Source of the DNA: Octopus sinensis | Lineage: Eukaryota | Direction: 5' to 3' | DNA length: 64,000 nucleotides | Assembly: GCF_006345805.1 (NCBI RefSeq) | Contig: NC_043025.1 | Span: 9,176,001 to 9,240,000, forward strand | Shown: one piece after another, positions 26,514 through 41,808 of the stretch | How positions within the stretch are numbered: position 1 is the first letter of the stretch | Layout of the letters: each line of letters starts with the position of its first letter | Program-made: the position numbers and the translations under genes | The notes under the pieces: generated by a model | Database searches by the model: none | What the model was told of the DNA's origin: nothing | What the model saw: the letters and a program-made list of their open reading frames with translations, nothing else

Positions 26514-27781
26514 AATGAAGAATAGGAGAATGGTATCAGCGACTTTCTTTATTCTATATCAATGCAATTGTCTACACATCACATCCGTAGTTCTTGATGA
26601 GATGATATAATTTACATCGTGTGTCGTCAGTACAATTCCTTAAGGGTGGAACGTAGGACTTATTGAAATAATCACCTGAAAATCATGTTTTACACCTCTG
26701 ATAGATGGTAAGGATTACGCAATTTATTAATTACATCATCTGAACCATGTACAATGGTTGTGAAATCATGTAGTAAAAATTATAGTATTATGGAATAAAG
26801 AATATCGTTTAATTCATTCCCTCTTATTCACCTCTGTTTAAACACATAAGCGAAAAATGAAAGAGACACAATTTCTCCACAAAGAGAAAAAAAACGAGAT
26901 ACAACAGATATTCAAAACGCTTTAGTAACAGTTTTCCACGCGGGTTTCGAAATCGCAAATCCGAATCGCCATACAATATCACCATACACATAGCAGTTGC
27001 TGACGTCACCTAACTCTAAAACAATGAAATTTAACTTACAATCAAAATCGAACTTCAGCAAATACAACAAAATTACCCTTTAAGAGAATCAACCAACTGG
27101 AATGGCTGATGACCGTTCCCCACAGGTAAGCCAACCAGGCAGAATGAAATCTTGACCACCAGAAAAATAAGACATCAACGAATATCAAATCCCTTCACGG
27201 AAAAAAATCGTAAATACACCGGATTCTAAAAAACACCATTACAAGCAAAAGATCCTGCACATGTCGGTAAGAGAATCACAGAAACTGTAAACAAAAACCC
27301 TTCTTTCACTATCTTCGTTTCTCCCTTGTTTTTCTCCCTCTTAACTCAGTATGGCCGAAACTTTGAAACACCACATTTCTTATCGATCACTACAAACACT
27401 ATTGAATTTTGTGCATTTGAGCAAAATGATCCAGATTTTTTTAAATATATTATTGAATGTTATGAACATTTAAAATCATACTTCATGTTACCGAAACTTA
27501 TAAACATAAAAACATGTTTTTCTAATTCATAATTTTAAATTATTACCATTGATAAACAAAAATATAATGTTGAAACTAGTTTGGTATATATATATATTTA
27601 TTATTTATTTTATTTTATTTTATCTAGTTTCAGCTAACGAGCTGTGGCCATGCTGGGGCACTGCCATTTAATATAAATATATTTATTTAAAAACAAATAC
27701 ATATTTTTCAAATTTAGGTGCATTTTCAACAACAAATTTTCCTATAAACTTTGCTGCATGGAAATACAACGCCTCTTTTGC

Positions 27782-29158
<1,377 letters not shown>

Positions 29159-29247
29159 TTAGAGACAAAACCACTATTATGCAAATCAAAGAAAGAAAAA
29201 CTTAATCCAATACATAAAAAATTTAATATAAAATATAATTAAGATAT

Positions 29248-29293
29248 CCACTACGATCGTTTCTTCTCACTTCTAAGGACATTCATCAGGTGG
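29248..29293 (-). ncRNA. Type I hammerhead motif with degenerate stem II in a PLE terminal-repeat remnant (second copy 43234-43279)
   Basis: Minus strand CCAC-CTGATGA-atgtccttagaagtgagaa-GAAA-CGATCG-TA-GTGG. Confidence 0.55.
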
Positions 29294-30019
29294 TTTCAAG
29301 ACCTAAAAAATAATCAATATTTTTAAGATATAAATTTGAAATGACTAAAATATATAAAATATAAAATTATCAATGAAAAAATATATATAATCAAGAACTA
29401 AAATAACCTCTATAAACGATTGAATATAATGAAACCTAGTATTTAAATTCTCATATTTGAAGATGAAATGACTAATTACAAAAAACAAAAAACAAAAAAC
29501 AAAAAATAAAAAATATATATATACACACATGCTCATGCACATATATCCATGTATGTATATAAACATATCTAAATACATACACAAACTCACACACACATAT
29601 ATATATCTATAAATACACATAAACATATAGACAAATAAATTTATAATGTAGCCGTATACTTCTAAACATTACTTATTCATACTCCCACACACACACATAC
29701 AATCCCTCATTCATAAACATATTCTCTCAGCATGATAATATCACAGAGGAAATATAATATCCAGTAGCCGCAGATACTCAACCACAACTTATAGAAATAT
29801 TTCATTCTTAGTAAAATATTATTAAATACTATATACAATATATATGTAATAACCATATATAAATACGTAAACAAACACACACACATATATATTCTATATA
29901 CTATATGCATATAATAAACATATATAAATACTTAAACAAACACACACACACGTATATATTTATACATACACAAATACATAAAAACAATATTTCTACACAT
30001 CAAGAATCGTGATCTCGTT

Positions 30020-31190
30020 TTTAAACGCGCATTAGGAGATAGGACCGGACGTTCCTTAACTCGCTCATTCCATATTAACGTAGAAGACAATAAAACCTAA
30101 TTTGCCGAGAACCCTTCCGTTTGCCTCATTTGCCGATTCAGTTCAGATATAGGTAAGATTATCAAGATGTCATCAGACAGGCTTATACCCCCAACTACAT
30201 CCAACGTACACACTACACTTATGGACTGAAATTATTCAAGCCGTCCAGTGGTTTAATTCCTAAGCCCTAAACATACTTTTACATTCATCCAGATCCACAT
30301 AGACCAAATTACTCTAGTGTATCACCTATCCTTCTCAACAAAGTCATTTTTGCAATGATACGATCTAACCTCTCTTGTGACGATATTGATATCATCTTGG
30401 CCGCCCGTCGACATATGATAAAACTGGGTAATTCTGGACCAATAGAGACATTCGGGATTCTCGCAACCGCGGAATCGAACAGGTAAGAAAAAGAGTATCT
30501 TTTTGTAGCAGTCTTAAAACTGCTAATTTCCTAGATGTCACCCGCGATCTACAACGCCAAATTTTCTATCTATCCCATAAACTTGAGGAGAACCTCAACT
30601 ACGTCAACTTTTCCTCCAACCACAACGCCATCTGTCCTAACTCTATCGTAGATATCGTATCAAAACGGATTTCATCACTGTCCGCAGTAAGGAAATATTC
30701 GAACAATACGCTGAATATTATAATTTCGCGACGGTTATAAGAATTCGATCGAATATACCCCTATGTGGAACATGTCTCCCTTTACTAAACTCGGAACCAA
30801 GAATACACCCGTCCTCCAAATAAAAACAAAAAATATCCCGCATAACCCATCGTCCTACTACTCTCCCAAATTTTAAAGCAGTAGATGATCTAACAAGCAA
30901 TCTCCCCACTCGGTGAACATGAACACTAACCTCGTCTCTGCCCGCCGATACCAACACCCGTATGCCCTTCCAAAACCCTTTATATACTCGGATAAACCTA
31001 TCAATCGGAATAAGATAACAAGAACACCTGAAGTTATCTGGTTCTGGTTCTCTAAAACATTCTTCTTTTTTCCCAACAGAAAAAAAACGAGGTATTGAAC
31101 CCCTCACTACAGTTTTTACAATTCTAGGACTAAATAGTCCATAACAAATAATAACATACAATAATATACAATAAAACATTCAATATAGAA
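30020..31190 (+). mobile_element. Heavily decayed Penelope-like RT remnant (duplicate at ~44005-45175)
   Basis: NFLDVTRDLQRQIFYLSHKLEENLNYVNFSSNHN near 30525-30625; otherwise broken frames. Confidence 0.6.
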
Positions 31191-31199
31191 TCAACACTA

Positions 31200-32940
31200 G
31201 TCCATTTACAAATGAAGCACTGAGCTTCTTACACATTATAACACTGAGGCTATTCAACCTCTTGTCAATCCTCATCATCGCTTGTGTACATGTACTTCAC
31301 CATCGCCCATGCTTGCTTTAAAATCAAGGCGGACTCCGAGTTGGCGTCACCCGGCCACGAGCGATATTCCTCTTTTAGTCCCCCCAGCCTATGTAACATG
31401 CGTAACCTTATCACCTCCACAGCTATCTGCGGAAGCCATTCGGGTTACCGTGCGAAGGCCAAAAGTACTCCCTTGTAGTGTTCTACCACCACCTTTTCCA
31501 CCACTTCCCCTCTATAACAGAAGTCCAGCGTTTCTTCCTCCTCCGGGTCCGAGGTAGTCAATTCTACCGTTGGCTGCACAATTCTTACCAAGTGTGTCTA
31601 CCCACGCAACCCCGCCGGTGGAACAACCCCCACCGATGAGGCTCCATGTCTCCGACTGCCGGCAATATCCCGTTTCTTCTCTTCCTCTTTTTTCTTCTTG
31701 ACTGTGGGAGGGTGCGTCTCCTCCGTGACCGGGACATGTGCCTGCCCTCCCTCATTCCCAGAATCCTTCGGTGAGCACCCATTATTACTCACCTTCTTCA
31801 TTTTGCGGCTCTTCTTTGAGGCATCCTCTGACACCTCGGCTGCCTTCAATTCCTCCTCTACAGTGTTCTCCGTCAAACGCTCCAGGACTTTGCTTTGCCG
31901 TTGAGGACAGTTCTTTTTTTATATGGCCAGGCTCCAGACACCGATGACACTTGGGGGGGGGGGCTCCCTCAAGCATCACCGGATACTTGGACCCGCCCAT
32001 TCTCAAAAAGTCTGGAAATTCCAGACTTTCCTCTGACTGGATCCAGAGGGTCAAAACAGCTTTTGATCCCTCCCAGCAAGCCGCAGGTAGAATATTTACA
32101 TTGAAGAGCTTGGTGCTACTGCCACCCAGACCCCGGCAGATAGTATCTCCTATCCACTCGGGCTGAACTCCGAGTGATAAGCCGTAAGCCCAAGCGTCGT
32201 CAACTTCTTCCCACAATAAGTGGGAAGAAACAAAATTTCATTGCCTTCCAGGAGCTGGCTCGCAAAATCACAATCTATTTCTGGGGAGTCAAACAGCAAC
32301 CACACGGTTGCATATTTGACCCTCCGAGTGATAAACTTGATATCTGGCTTAAATTCTGCCATCTCTCTTTCGATTATATTTTTTGAAAACAGCAATGGCG
32401 TCGAGGATCCTAGAGTAGGTCCTCAAAATCACCGTCTTACTTTCAAGTTCTTTTAATCATCCTTTGGATGGTATAAATTCCAAATCCACCAGCTTCCCAT
32501 TGTTCTTTGCCATGTTTCTTTTAAAAAAAGTCCAAAAAACACTTCATAAAATACAAAATAATTAAGGAAAAAGAAGGAAGAGAAAAAGTCCAAACAAAAA
32601 AGGAGAAAAAATTAACAGTTCAATAAAGTGTCTTTTTTTAAATAAAAGAGAGACGAAGAGAGAGAGCAGCAGTTCAAAACACAACAAAAGCCACTTCGTA
32701 CTCCAGGCCAAAATGTTAACACAAATCATTCCAATTTTCTTCTCATAGGTACTCCTTAACAGGAACAATATTGTTGAAATCTTTTCTAAAAATTCCGAGA
32801 GTTATTCCTGAACAAACGCTATTCTCAAATACAATTTTGCGCAGGATACGCCCACCAAAACAATAATTTTCACAGTTAAGTGAAAAATATTCACTCAGCT
32901 ACAGGTAGACTAGAATCCAGTGAAGACTTCTTGTGTGTAA
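31200..32940 (-). mobile_element. ORF1-only (HAL1-like) retroelement: single decayed gag-like ORF 32513->31265 plus UTRs
   Basis: MAKNNGK...KTVILRTYSR...VMLEGAPPPKCHRCLEPGHIKKE (knuckle), an E/K-rich linker, then a C-terminal block ending ...MVKYMYTSDDED*. An AT-rich tail follows and there is no ORF2. Confidence 0.65.
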
Positions 32941-33852
32941 ATAATTGCCGCAGACAACAGGTCCCCACTGGACCCCCACCCACCAAAGTTTTACCTTACA
33001 ACTGAGGTTCAAAAATCTTCAATTTAAGACGGCTTCAAATACATGTCTTTACAGTTTCAGTAGCAAACACAACTCTGGTTCGCACATGCTCAATGAGGTA
33101 AGCAAGCTACTTACCACACAGCCACTCCTGCACTTGTTCTGGTGATGATATTAAATTTTTTTTTTCACCTCAACGTTGGAAATGATGGCAGGAAGGTCTT
33201 TAAAAATTTTTTGAATGTGTGTTGATTTTTTTTCAAATCCCCAATCCCAATCGGTACCGATTTTGGCCAATGCTTTTGAATGACGCATGAACAAAAGTTT
33301 TAAATGAAAAACTTTGGAAATCGGTGATCACCATTATAATCCACACTTTTTTTCAAACAAAATGTGAAACGTAATTTGAAAACAAAGCGACATTCCACGG
33401 AATTAATAATAAACCTTTTCAGTGACTCCTGAATAATTTATCCAAAAAATCTGAAAGCGTAGACTGTTTTGTGTGTGTATGAAAGGAATGTTTCTCATCT
33501 GCTATTCAATGAAAATTGAAGGAAACTGATAATTACTTAATGCACTTTATATATATACTTTATATACTTCATGTACGATTTTATAGACTTAATACACAGC
33601 AATCATAAAATAAATATTCAATTTTTATTCTTTTTTCCCCATTGAGAGAAAATAATTACATTTTAAAATTTACATGGCCACAAACTCATATCAAGAAAAC
33701 AGAAAATATTATAGTAAAAAAATGATTTTATAGGTAAAACAGAGGGTTGAAAATTTAATGCAACATGGCATCGTCTGAAAGCCACATCGTTGTAGATCAT
33801 AAGAAAGGCGGTGCATCAGAGCTTATACATATTTCAATTTGCGTACACCTTT

Positions 33853-36800
33853 CAATCTAATACTTCGTTTCAGATTGTGCTGTTCGCGTAACTTCTCCCT
33901 CTTCTTTTCCCTTGTTTGTCAGTGTTGATAACTTTAACTTTAATATCAGATAATGTTTGTGAGCCGTTGGGAAACAACATATAGTTGACCATTAATAAGC
34001 AGTTTCAGGCAAGAATAGCTCCAGTTTATCGAACGCCTGCCCATGTGATTTATTGATAGTCATTGCAAATGTCAAGCGAACGGGATTGGTGTCTCAGTAC
34101 CAGCCTTTTCCTGTGAATGAGAATACGTCTCCCGATCACTATGCCACTTATTATTGAGGCTTCAATCGAGATTTGATGGAGGGCCTCAACTACCAGTCTT
34201 GTTCCTTTATAGCCATTATAGAGACCATTTTCTATTGAAATATTACTAAAGAGCATTATTATGGAGTCAGGTTTCAAATACAATCTAAGAGGTGGCATTC
34301 CAGATGGTGTCCATGGAATCAGAAATTCCAGTGGATATCGCTCAGCTTCAGGAGGTCATCTATGAAGATCTTATCCATGCTGTAATAAAAGCACTGGTCC
34401 CCTGGAAGTTTATCCATAACCCCTTCATTTATCTTTAAGTAGTCTGAACTTTTTGGTGAGAGGATCACTCTACTTGTTCTTTGTTCTTGAGGGGCATTGC
34501 CAAAAAGCATCATTTATCAGCGACCCATTAAAGCATGAATCATGTAGCAGTTTTACATCATCACTGACTCACTTGGATCTTGCATAAAAGCTGTCGTGCC
34601 ATTATCAAAGTGTAGTGGTCATGTTGCGAATTCTCTTCGATCTGTTATTGCTCTATTTTGGCTCAACATATAAATGTATGAAGTGTAACCAGAGAGGAGA
34701 GTTCTCAATGCAGACCTCAATTACTGCCTCACGAGTTCCTCTTGGCAATATTGGCAGAACTTGCCTGAAGTCTCTACCAATGAACACAGCTTTTCAACCG
34801 AAACTTTATTGTTGCCAGTGATTTCTTTCAGAGCTTTGTCATTACCATGAACAGCATACAGAGGGATCGTGGAAGCCTCATCTATAATAATCAAATACAA
34901 ATTTCTCAAATAATTTCTGGTCAGACGTGGGTGGTACACTGCAAAAGCTAGTTTCCAACAGAAAAACGGGCAATTAGAGCAAACTGTGCATCGTCCTTCC
35001 ACCAGACATCAATGTTGAAGCTATGCCTCTGCACGCACCACTTGATAGCTTCTCCTTCGTAGATGTGAGATCAGCGTATGAAATATGTAATTCTTGTCCC
35101 AACCTCCAGGAACATCTGCATATAAGCAAGAACATTCCAGTACCTCACCTCACCTTTTCTTATCAACTGTCTTCAATGACTGCATCAGCGATCATTCTCT
35201 GCTCATCGGTAACGGTTGCAATGCCGCGATGGTTCATGTCATGTTTATGCCATACCCGTTACACTCGAACTGGTTCAGACAAGCCAATATTAAGGCAGCT
35301 AATGCCATTTTCAATTTGCATAGAATTTATAGAGTGTAGAGTATGCATTCAAACCTCGCTGAGCATAATCTACCATTATGGTATTCTTGTGAGTGTTCCT
35401 CAGGCGAAGGACATTAGAAGGATTTGAATAGGTGCAAAGGACAACGAACGTGATACGCGGCTGAAATGCCATCCGATATGCAGCACCTTTAAGTATGGCA
35501 TGCTCCAACATCACATGATTTTGGAAAAGACCAAGTCATATGTACGCATCTTTAAGTATTGCATTGATTTCACCTCCTACAGTGTTCACTTCTTCAAAGC
35601 TCTTAGCACCTGGAACATCCAAAATAGCAATCGTAATGAAATGTTTCTACGCCCTTAGGACTCACTGTGTTCAATCTGCTGCCGATGTTCTTGTTTCTTC
35701 TCCTGAGTGTTCATGATTTTGTACTTTCATCAAATACTTAACGCAAAGGAATGTCAGGGCACAAGTATTTCCGTTAATTTTCATCGTGCTCATTCAGTTT
35801 GAATGTATTGTCACGATCGATCTCTGTTCTTGAGTAGGTTACTGAGTGTTACCTCTGTGAAAGCACAGTCACTCCTGGTCTTCAAATTGAACTGCTAGTC
35901 AGTAAACATTTTGAGAGGAGACATGAAGCTTATATTGAGATATTCTCCACATGGCTTCAGGAGGTGAAACGTATCAACACACAAAATAATTTCTGATTTC
36001 ACCATGGTTTTGCTGAATTTGTTTGCCTTCTGCCATTGCATCATTCCTTACTTCAACTGAATCGCTATTATGACATTTGTAGACTTATTTGTAGATGTAC
36101 TTGACACTTGTTACAGAGGAGCCAACTTCTCTATACATATGAGCTCGGAATTGCTTTAATAGGTAAGCATTGTATGGTACGACATACCTGTTTTCAACAG
36201 AATGACATCCAGCTTGTGCTGTGATCCCATTATTGCGCGTCCTGTTCTATGGATATGCATTATAATTTAGTAGTATCTCATTTCTGTAGTTCTTGGGAAA
36301 CATTTTGGGGCCAGAGCCATTCTACATACAAGGCCAGAGATCATGAATTTCTTAACTAAATCATCTCAGATCTTCACTTTGTCTACCGGCATATGACAGT
36401 GTGGAGGCCTTCTCTTTTGAAACTCGGCGAGATGGGCATGAGCTATTGATACATCAAATACGTGTCTGTCCTTTATATCCTTCAGACGTTCAGTGAGATA
36501 CAACTTGTACACTCTTGCAACCAAATCTGGTCAGTTTCCTTGTGTCCCACTTCGCTGCAGATTATTTTCTATTTCAAGGCACTTAGGGTTGGATGTATAT
36601 GTGACAATTATGTTAGGTTAACCATACTCTGATGCAATCGGCATTGCATCCTGATTATATTGATGCATATTCCGAGGACAGCTCCTGGCTCAACATTCTC
36701 ATCAGCTCCTCTCTGCAGGTAGTCCATAAGTCCACTGTACTGCTCTACGAGCAACTGGGCCTGATGGTCCCCAAGGTACTGCAATCAGCAACCCTAAATT

Positions 36801-37085
36801 ACATCGTGAGTCGTCTGCGAGCGGATGTTCTGCGTTTCGCCACATATAGAATCCCACAGTGCCATCCGGACTTTACATGAGGGAATATAAGTAGATAGCT
36901 CATTGGGACTGGATGGCACAATGTCTACGCGATTCACTCTGCAGGGGTATTCCATGGATAGACAAAAATGTCTCTGTTTTCACGGTGCAGCTATTTCATT
37001 GCTTGTGGAAAAATTGTAACGCCTTATATAATCCCTTTTTCTGAAGTGTAGTTCACACTTTCGCAATTGTACACTTGTACTCCTG
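33853..37085 (-). mobile_element. Decayed Helitron remnant HB (hybrid of H2-left and H1-right)
   Basis: Same motifs. The left part matches 47836-48820 and the right part matches 21000-23170. Confidence 0.85.
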
Positions 37086-37116
37086 GTACTTTCATTATAA
37101 TATATATTTAATTGTA

Positions 37117-37174
<58 letters not shown>

Positions 37175-37321
37175 GCCCTACATATGACACTGTATATAAG
37201 TGTGAATATTTCATGGAATTGCATTTCTGATCATGCGTTAGGTGATAGGGGATTTAAAATACTTACTACCACCACACCCACCACCACTACCACCATCTCT
37301 CTTATCTTCCCTTTTTATCTA

Positions 37322-37359
<38 letters not shown>

Positions 37360-37990
37360 TTTTTCTTTAATCTCACCATCAGAACATCACCCCTCTACCT
37401 AAATTATATTCCTAGGCCTCCTCAATATCACTACCTTCAACTAACTTTTTTATCGTGTAATAAATATTACGTTTCCCCCACCACATGCCCTCTTCCTCTT
37501 TTTCTCTCTCCTTTTTCTTTCTCTTGGTCTCTCTTTGCATTCACCTATCACGTGAAAGCGTTACAGTTACGTTCCTTCTACCTCATATCATCGACACTTC
37601 ACTTTCCCTCTTTTTCTCTAATCACGAGAAAGCGTTACCGACGGACTAATTAACATAATGACAAGCAGAATTTTTATAAGATCGTCATCACCTTCGTTAT
37701 GAACATCGCAATAATCAACGTCGTCATCACCAATTCATCGAAGCTTTTCTCGTCCTTCTCGATAATAATCATCATCATTATCCCCCGAATCCTCCTCACC
37801 GTCCTTATTACAACTGTTACCATCAACATCGCTATCCTCCTCGCCCTCATCATCATCATCAACATCATCTCGGCCATTTTCTCCTTTATCGTCTTTTTTT
37901 TTATTAATATGATTCTAAAGATACAAGATTTAATATTGTATAAGATATCTTTTTAATACTCTTTCTTTTGACCCGTGTTTTATGTTTCAG

Positions 37991-38062
37991 AAATTTCTGG
38001 AATAATCAGATCACAACCATCCAACAAGGGTCCTTTCAAAATCTTCCAAGTTTAAAGAGATT
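37991..38062 (+). CDS. 72-nt LRR exon B (recent duplicate of exon A)
   Basis: tttcAG|...|GTaagt; NFWNNQITTIQQGSFQNLPSLKR(L). Differs from exon A only by AAA>AGA (K>R). Confidence 0.85.
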
Positions 38063-39104
38063 GTAAGTGATTAAGTTTTTTTATGCTAATTTATTTACGA
38101 AATTTTTCTAGGGATACCATGTCTTCTCATCTTTCTTTTTCTCTCTGTATCTCTAACGTATATTCCGCTACCATATTCGTGTTGGAGTGTGTATGAAAGT
38201 CCCTGCAATTGTTTGTGTCTGTATGTGTTAGCATCAATGTCTAACATTTTGTGCATAAGTGTACGATTGAATGAGAATATATATGTTTGTATTCGTTTCT
38301 ATAGCTGGGTATATTATGAAATACGTATTTATGCAGAAGTCGTTTGAAAAAATTATACACACTTGGAAAAAAAAGAAAAGAACGTATAGAAATATATTCG
38401 TTCTCACCTTTTTGAGATGCTGCTTCATTGATATGAGTTATTTTAAATTCTACAATTACAAGAGGTGCCTAAATTGGAAGTCGTCATTTTCTGTTTGTAC
38501 AGTGAGCTACAGCTGGGGCAATTTGGTCAAACTGTCCAGTGTGATGGCTTCTTATGCCGTTTCAGTTTCTTTAGGAAGGAAGTTAGAGTAGTCAGTCGTC
38601 CACAATATAAGACAATGTTTGGTGTGTCCCTCGTACGTTTGTCTTTAAGTGTAATGATATTACTTACGTTGATATATTTTTACTTTCATTTCTATCCTCA
38701 TTCGCAATTGTCATATTGTTTTGCTTGTCCATCTTGTCTGTTTTCTTGCTACTATCTTTTCTTAATCATCGACTTACTCGTTGTTACTGATTTTTGTTGT
38801 TGTCGTTGTTGTTGTTGTTGTCGTTGTTATTGTTGTTCTTATAATCGACCCGAGTGAAACCGAGTTTATTGAGCGAGTTGCTTTTGGAAATGTCAATTGA
38901 TGAGAAACATCTGCATAGAAAGATGCACCGCGGCAACTCGACCATTATCTCATCCGTGAGGGGCTGATTGAAGACGGGTTGAAACGGCCGTAGTGATTAA
39001 CGAATCCCGTAAAATCAATTTTCCATTTCCCTTATGTGTGTGTATGCGTGTGTGTGTGTGTGTATGTGTGCATGTGTGTGTGTGTGAGTATACGCTTAGA
39101 CGTT

Positions 39105-40415
39105 GGTATGGCTGTGTGATAACAATTTTGCTTCTGTACTCTGTCCCTCTGCGTGTACTCTGGTCTTCTCCTTTCTTCTTTTACTACTTTTCCTATTATA
39201 GGTTCCTCTATACACTTCTCTGAGTCTGAGGCCTTCTCTTTCTCCGTCTTCAGTTTCTCCATCTCACCCTCTTGTAGTTGAGTTCCTGAATCTTCCGTCA
39301 ATTCACCTGTCATCTTCATACTTGCTTCCTCCTTCTCTGACTCATTATCACACACCTTCTTAATTATTTTTTAACTTTCCTTTCCCACTCTAGCGTGAAT
39401 TCTCCTTCCGCTGTTTTCTGATTATTCTCGACACCCTCTTCAGTCTCTCTCTGCTCCCTCCGTTGGCATCTCGCATTCATGTGTCCCTCCTCGCAACACT
39501 CGAAACACACAAGCGGCTTGCTTTCCACCTTCACTCCCAGTGCAACACTATCTCCTCTGCCATTCCGTTCAAGTCCTCCACTTTAGCCTGGATTGTTAGC
39601 TCCAACCCACAGCCCCAGCAGCTTGTTTGCTCTGGTGGCCCTCAATATTCCAGCCTCGTCCTCCATGTTGTACACAATGGCCGTCATCAGCCATATCTCC
39701 TCCAGCTCAGGGGGCACCTGGCCCAACCCAACCCTCGCCACACGTTCGCCGCAACAGGATGGCAGAAGAATCCATTCTTCTGAGCGGACCGCCTCCGTAG
39801 CATGCCTCATCGCTTCCTCCTCCGATGTGAAACGCACATCCATATTTGCATACTCCCTGCATCCTGTTCCGAAGGTTATCATCCTTTCATGCCTTCCAGC
39901 ATCCTCTCGATCCCCTCCACAGTTGCTATCTCGATCCTTCCTGTAGCGACCCTCACAGTCCTGTATGTCACTGTCTTCCTCATAACGCTGTTCATTAGCT
40001 CCTCGGGTGGTGTCAATTTCATCTTCTCGCCTTCCCCCTCAGCAGCCTATCGCCAGCTTTCATCCTCCTGGCCTCGACCTCTACTTCAAAAGTGTACAAT
40101 GTTTCTCTCCCCGCTTCTCCTCCAGTTGCGACTGCACAGCTGTGGCCGCCCGATGGCGCCTTCTCCATTTTCCCCAATGGGAAAAATCAACTCAACAAAA
40201 CTTTAACGATATTAACAACAGCAACAATCAACAATAAATTCACGTTCCACTCACAAATACAACTCAACTTCAACAACTCGACCTCAAAAACAACACCTAT
40301 CAACTACAAAATTCTATACTCAACTCGACTCTACTTCGACGTCTTGACTTCTCCCTCTATATCTACGTATTGAACAAGCCTACTTCATCGTCTGGGGGTG
40401 TCCACACAACACAAG
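39105..40415 (-). mobile_element. LINE ORF1-like element (duplicate of 25110-26430)
   Basis: Near-identical copy within the tandem duplication. Confidence 0.7.
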
Positions 40416-40449
40416 TAAACTAGAGAAGATTGGCACATACATACATACT

Positions 40450-40498
<49 letters not shown>

Positions 40499-41766
40499 AA
40501 TGAAGAATAGGAGAATGGTATCAGCGACTTTCTTTATTCTATATCAATGCAATTGTCTACACATCACATCCGTAGTTCTTGATGAGATGATATAATTTAC
40601 ATCGTGTGTCGTCAGTACAATTCCTTAAGGGTGGAACGTAGGACTTATTGAAATAATCACCTGAAAATCATGTTTTACACCTCTGATAGATGGTAAGGAT
40701 TACGCAATTTATTAATTACATCATCTGAACCATGTACAATGGTTGTGAAATCATGTAGTAAAAATTATAGTATTATGGAATAAAGAATATCGTTTAATTC
40801 ATTCCCTCTTATTCACCTCTGTTTAAACACATAAGCGAAAAATGAAAGAGACACAATTTCTCCACAAAGAGAAAAAAAACGAGATACAACAGATATTCAA
40901 AACGCTTTAGTAACAGTTTTCCACGCGGGTTTCGAAATCGCAAATCCGAATCGCCATACAATATCACCATACACATAGCAGTTGCTGACGTCACCTAACT
41001 CTAAAACAATGAAATTTAACTTACAATCAAAATCGAACTTCAGCAAATACAACAAAATTACCCTTTAAGAGAATCAACCAACTGGAATGGCTGATGACCG
41101 TTCCCCACAGGTAAGCCAACCAGGCAGAATGAAATCTTGACCACCAGAAAAATAAGACATCAACGAATATCAAATCCCTTCACGGAAAAAAATCGTAAAT
41201 ACACCGGATTCTAAAAAACACCATTACAAGCAAAAGATCCTGCACATGTCGGTAAGAGAATCACAGAAACTGTAAACAAAAACCCTTCTTTCACTATCTT
41301 CGTTTCTCCCTTGTTTTTCTCCCTCTTAACTCAGTATGGCCGAAACTTTGAAACACCACATTTCTTATCGATCACTACAAACACTATTGAATTTTGTGCA
41401 TTTGAGCAAAATGATCCAGATTTTTTTAAATATATTATTGAATGTTATGAACATTTAAAATCATACTTCATGTTACCGAAACTTATAAACATAAAAACAT
41501 GTTTTTCTAATTCATAATTTTAAATTATTACCATTGATAAACAAAAATATAATGTTGAAACTAGTTTGGTATATATATATATTTATTATTTATTTTATTT
41601 TATTTTATCTAGTTTCAGCTAACGAGCTGTGGCCATGCTGGGGCACTGCCATTTAATATAAATATATTTATTTAAAAACAAATACATATTTTTCAAATTT
41701 AGGTGCATTTTCAACAACAAATTTTCCTATAAACTTTGCTGCATGGAAATACAACGCCTCTTTTGC

Positions 41767-41802
<36 letters not shown>

Positions 41803-41808
41803 TATATA

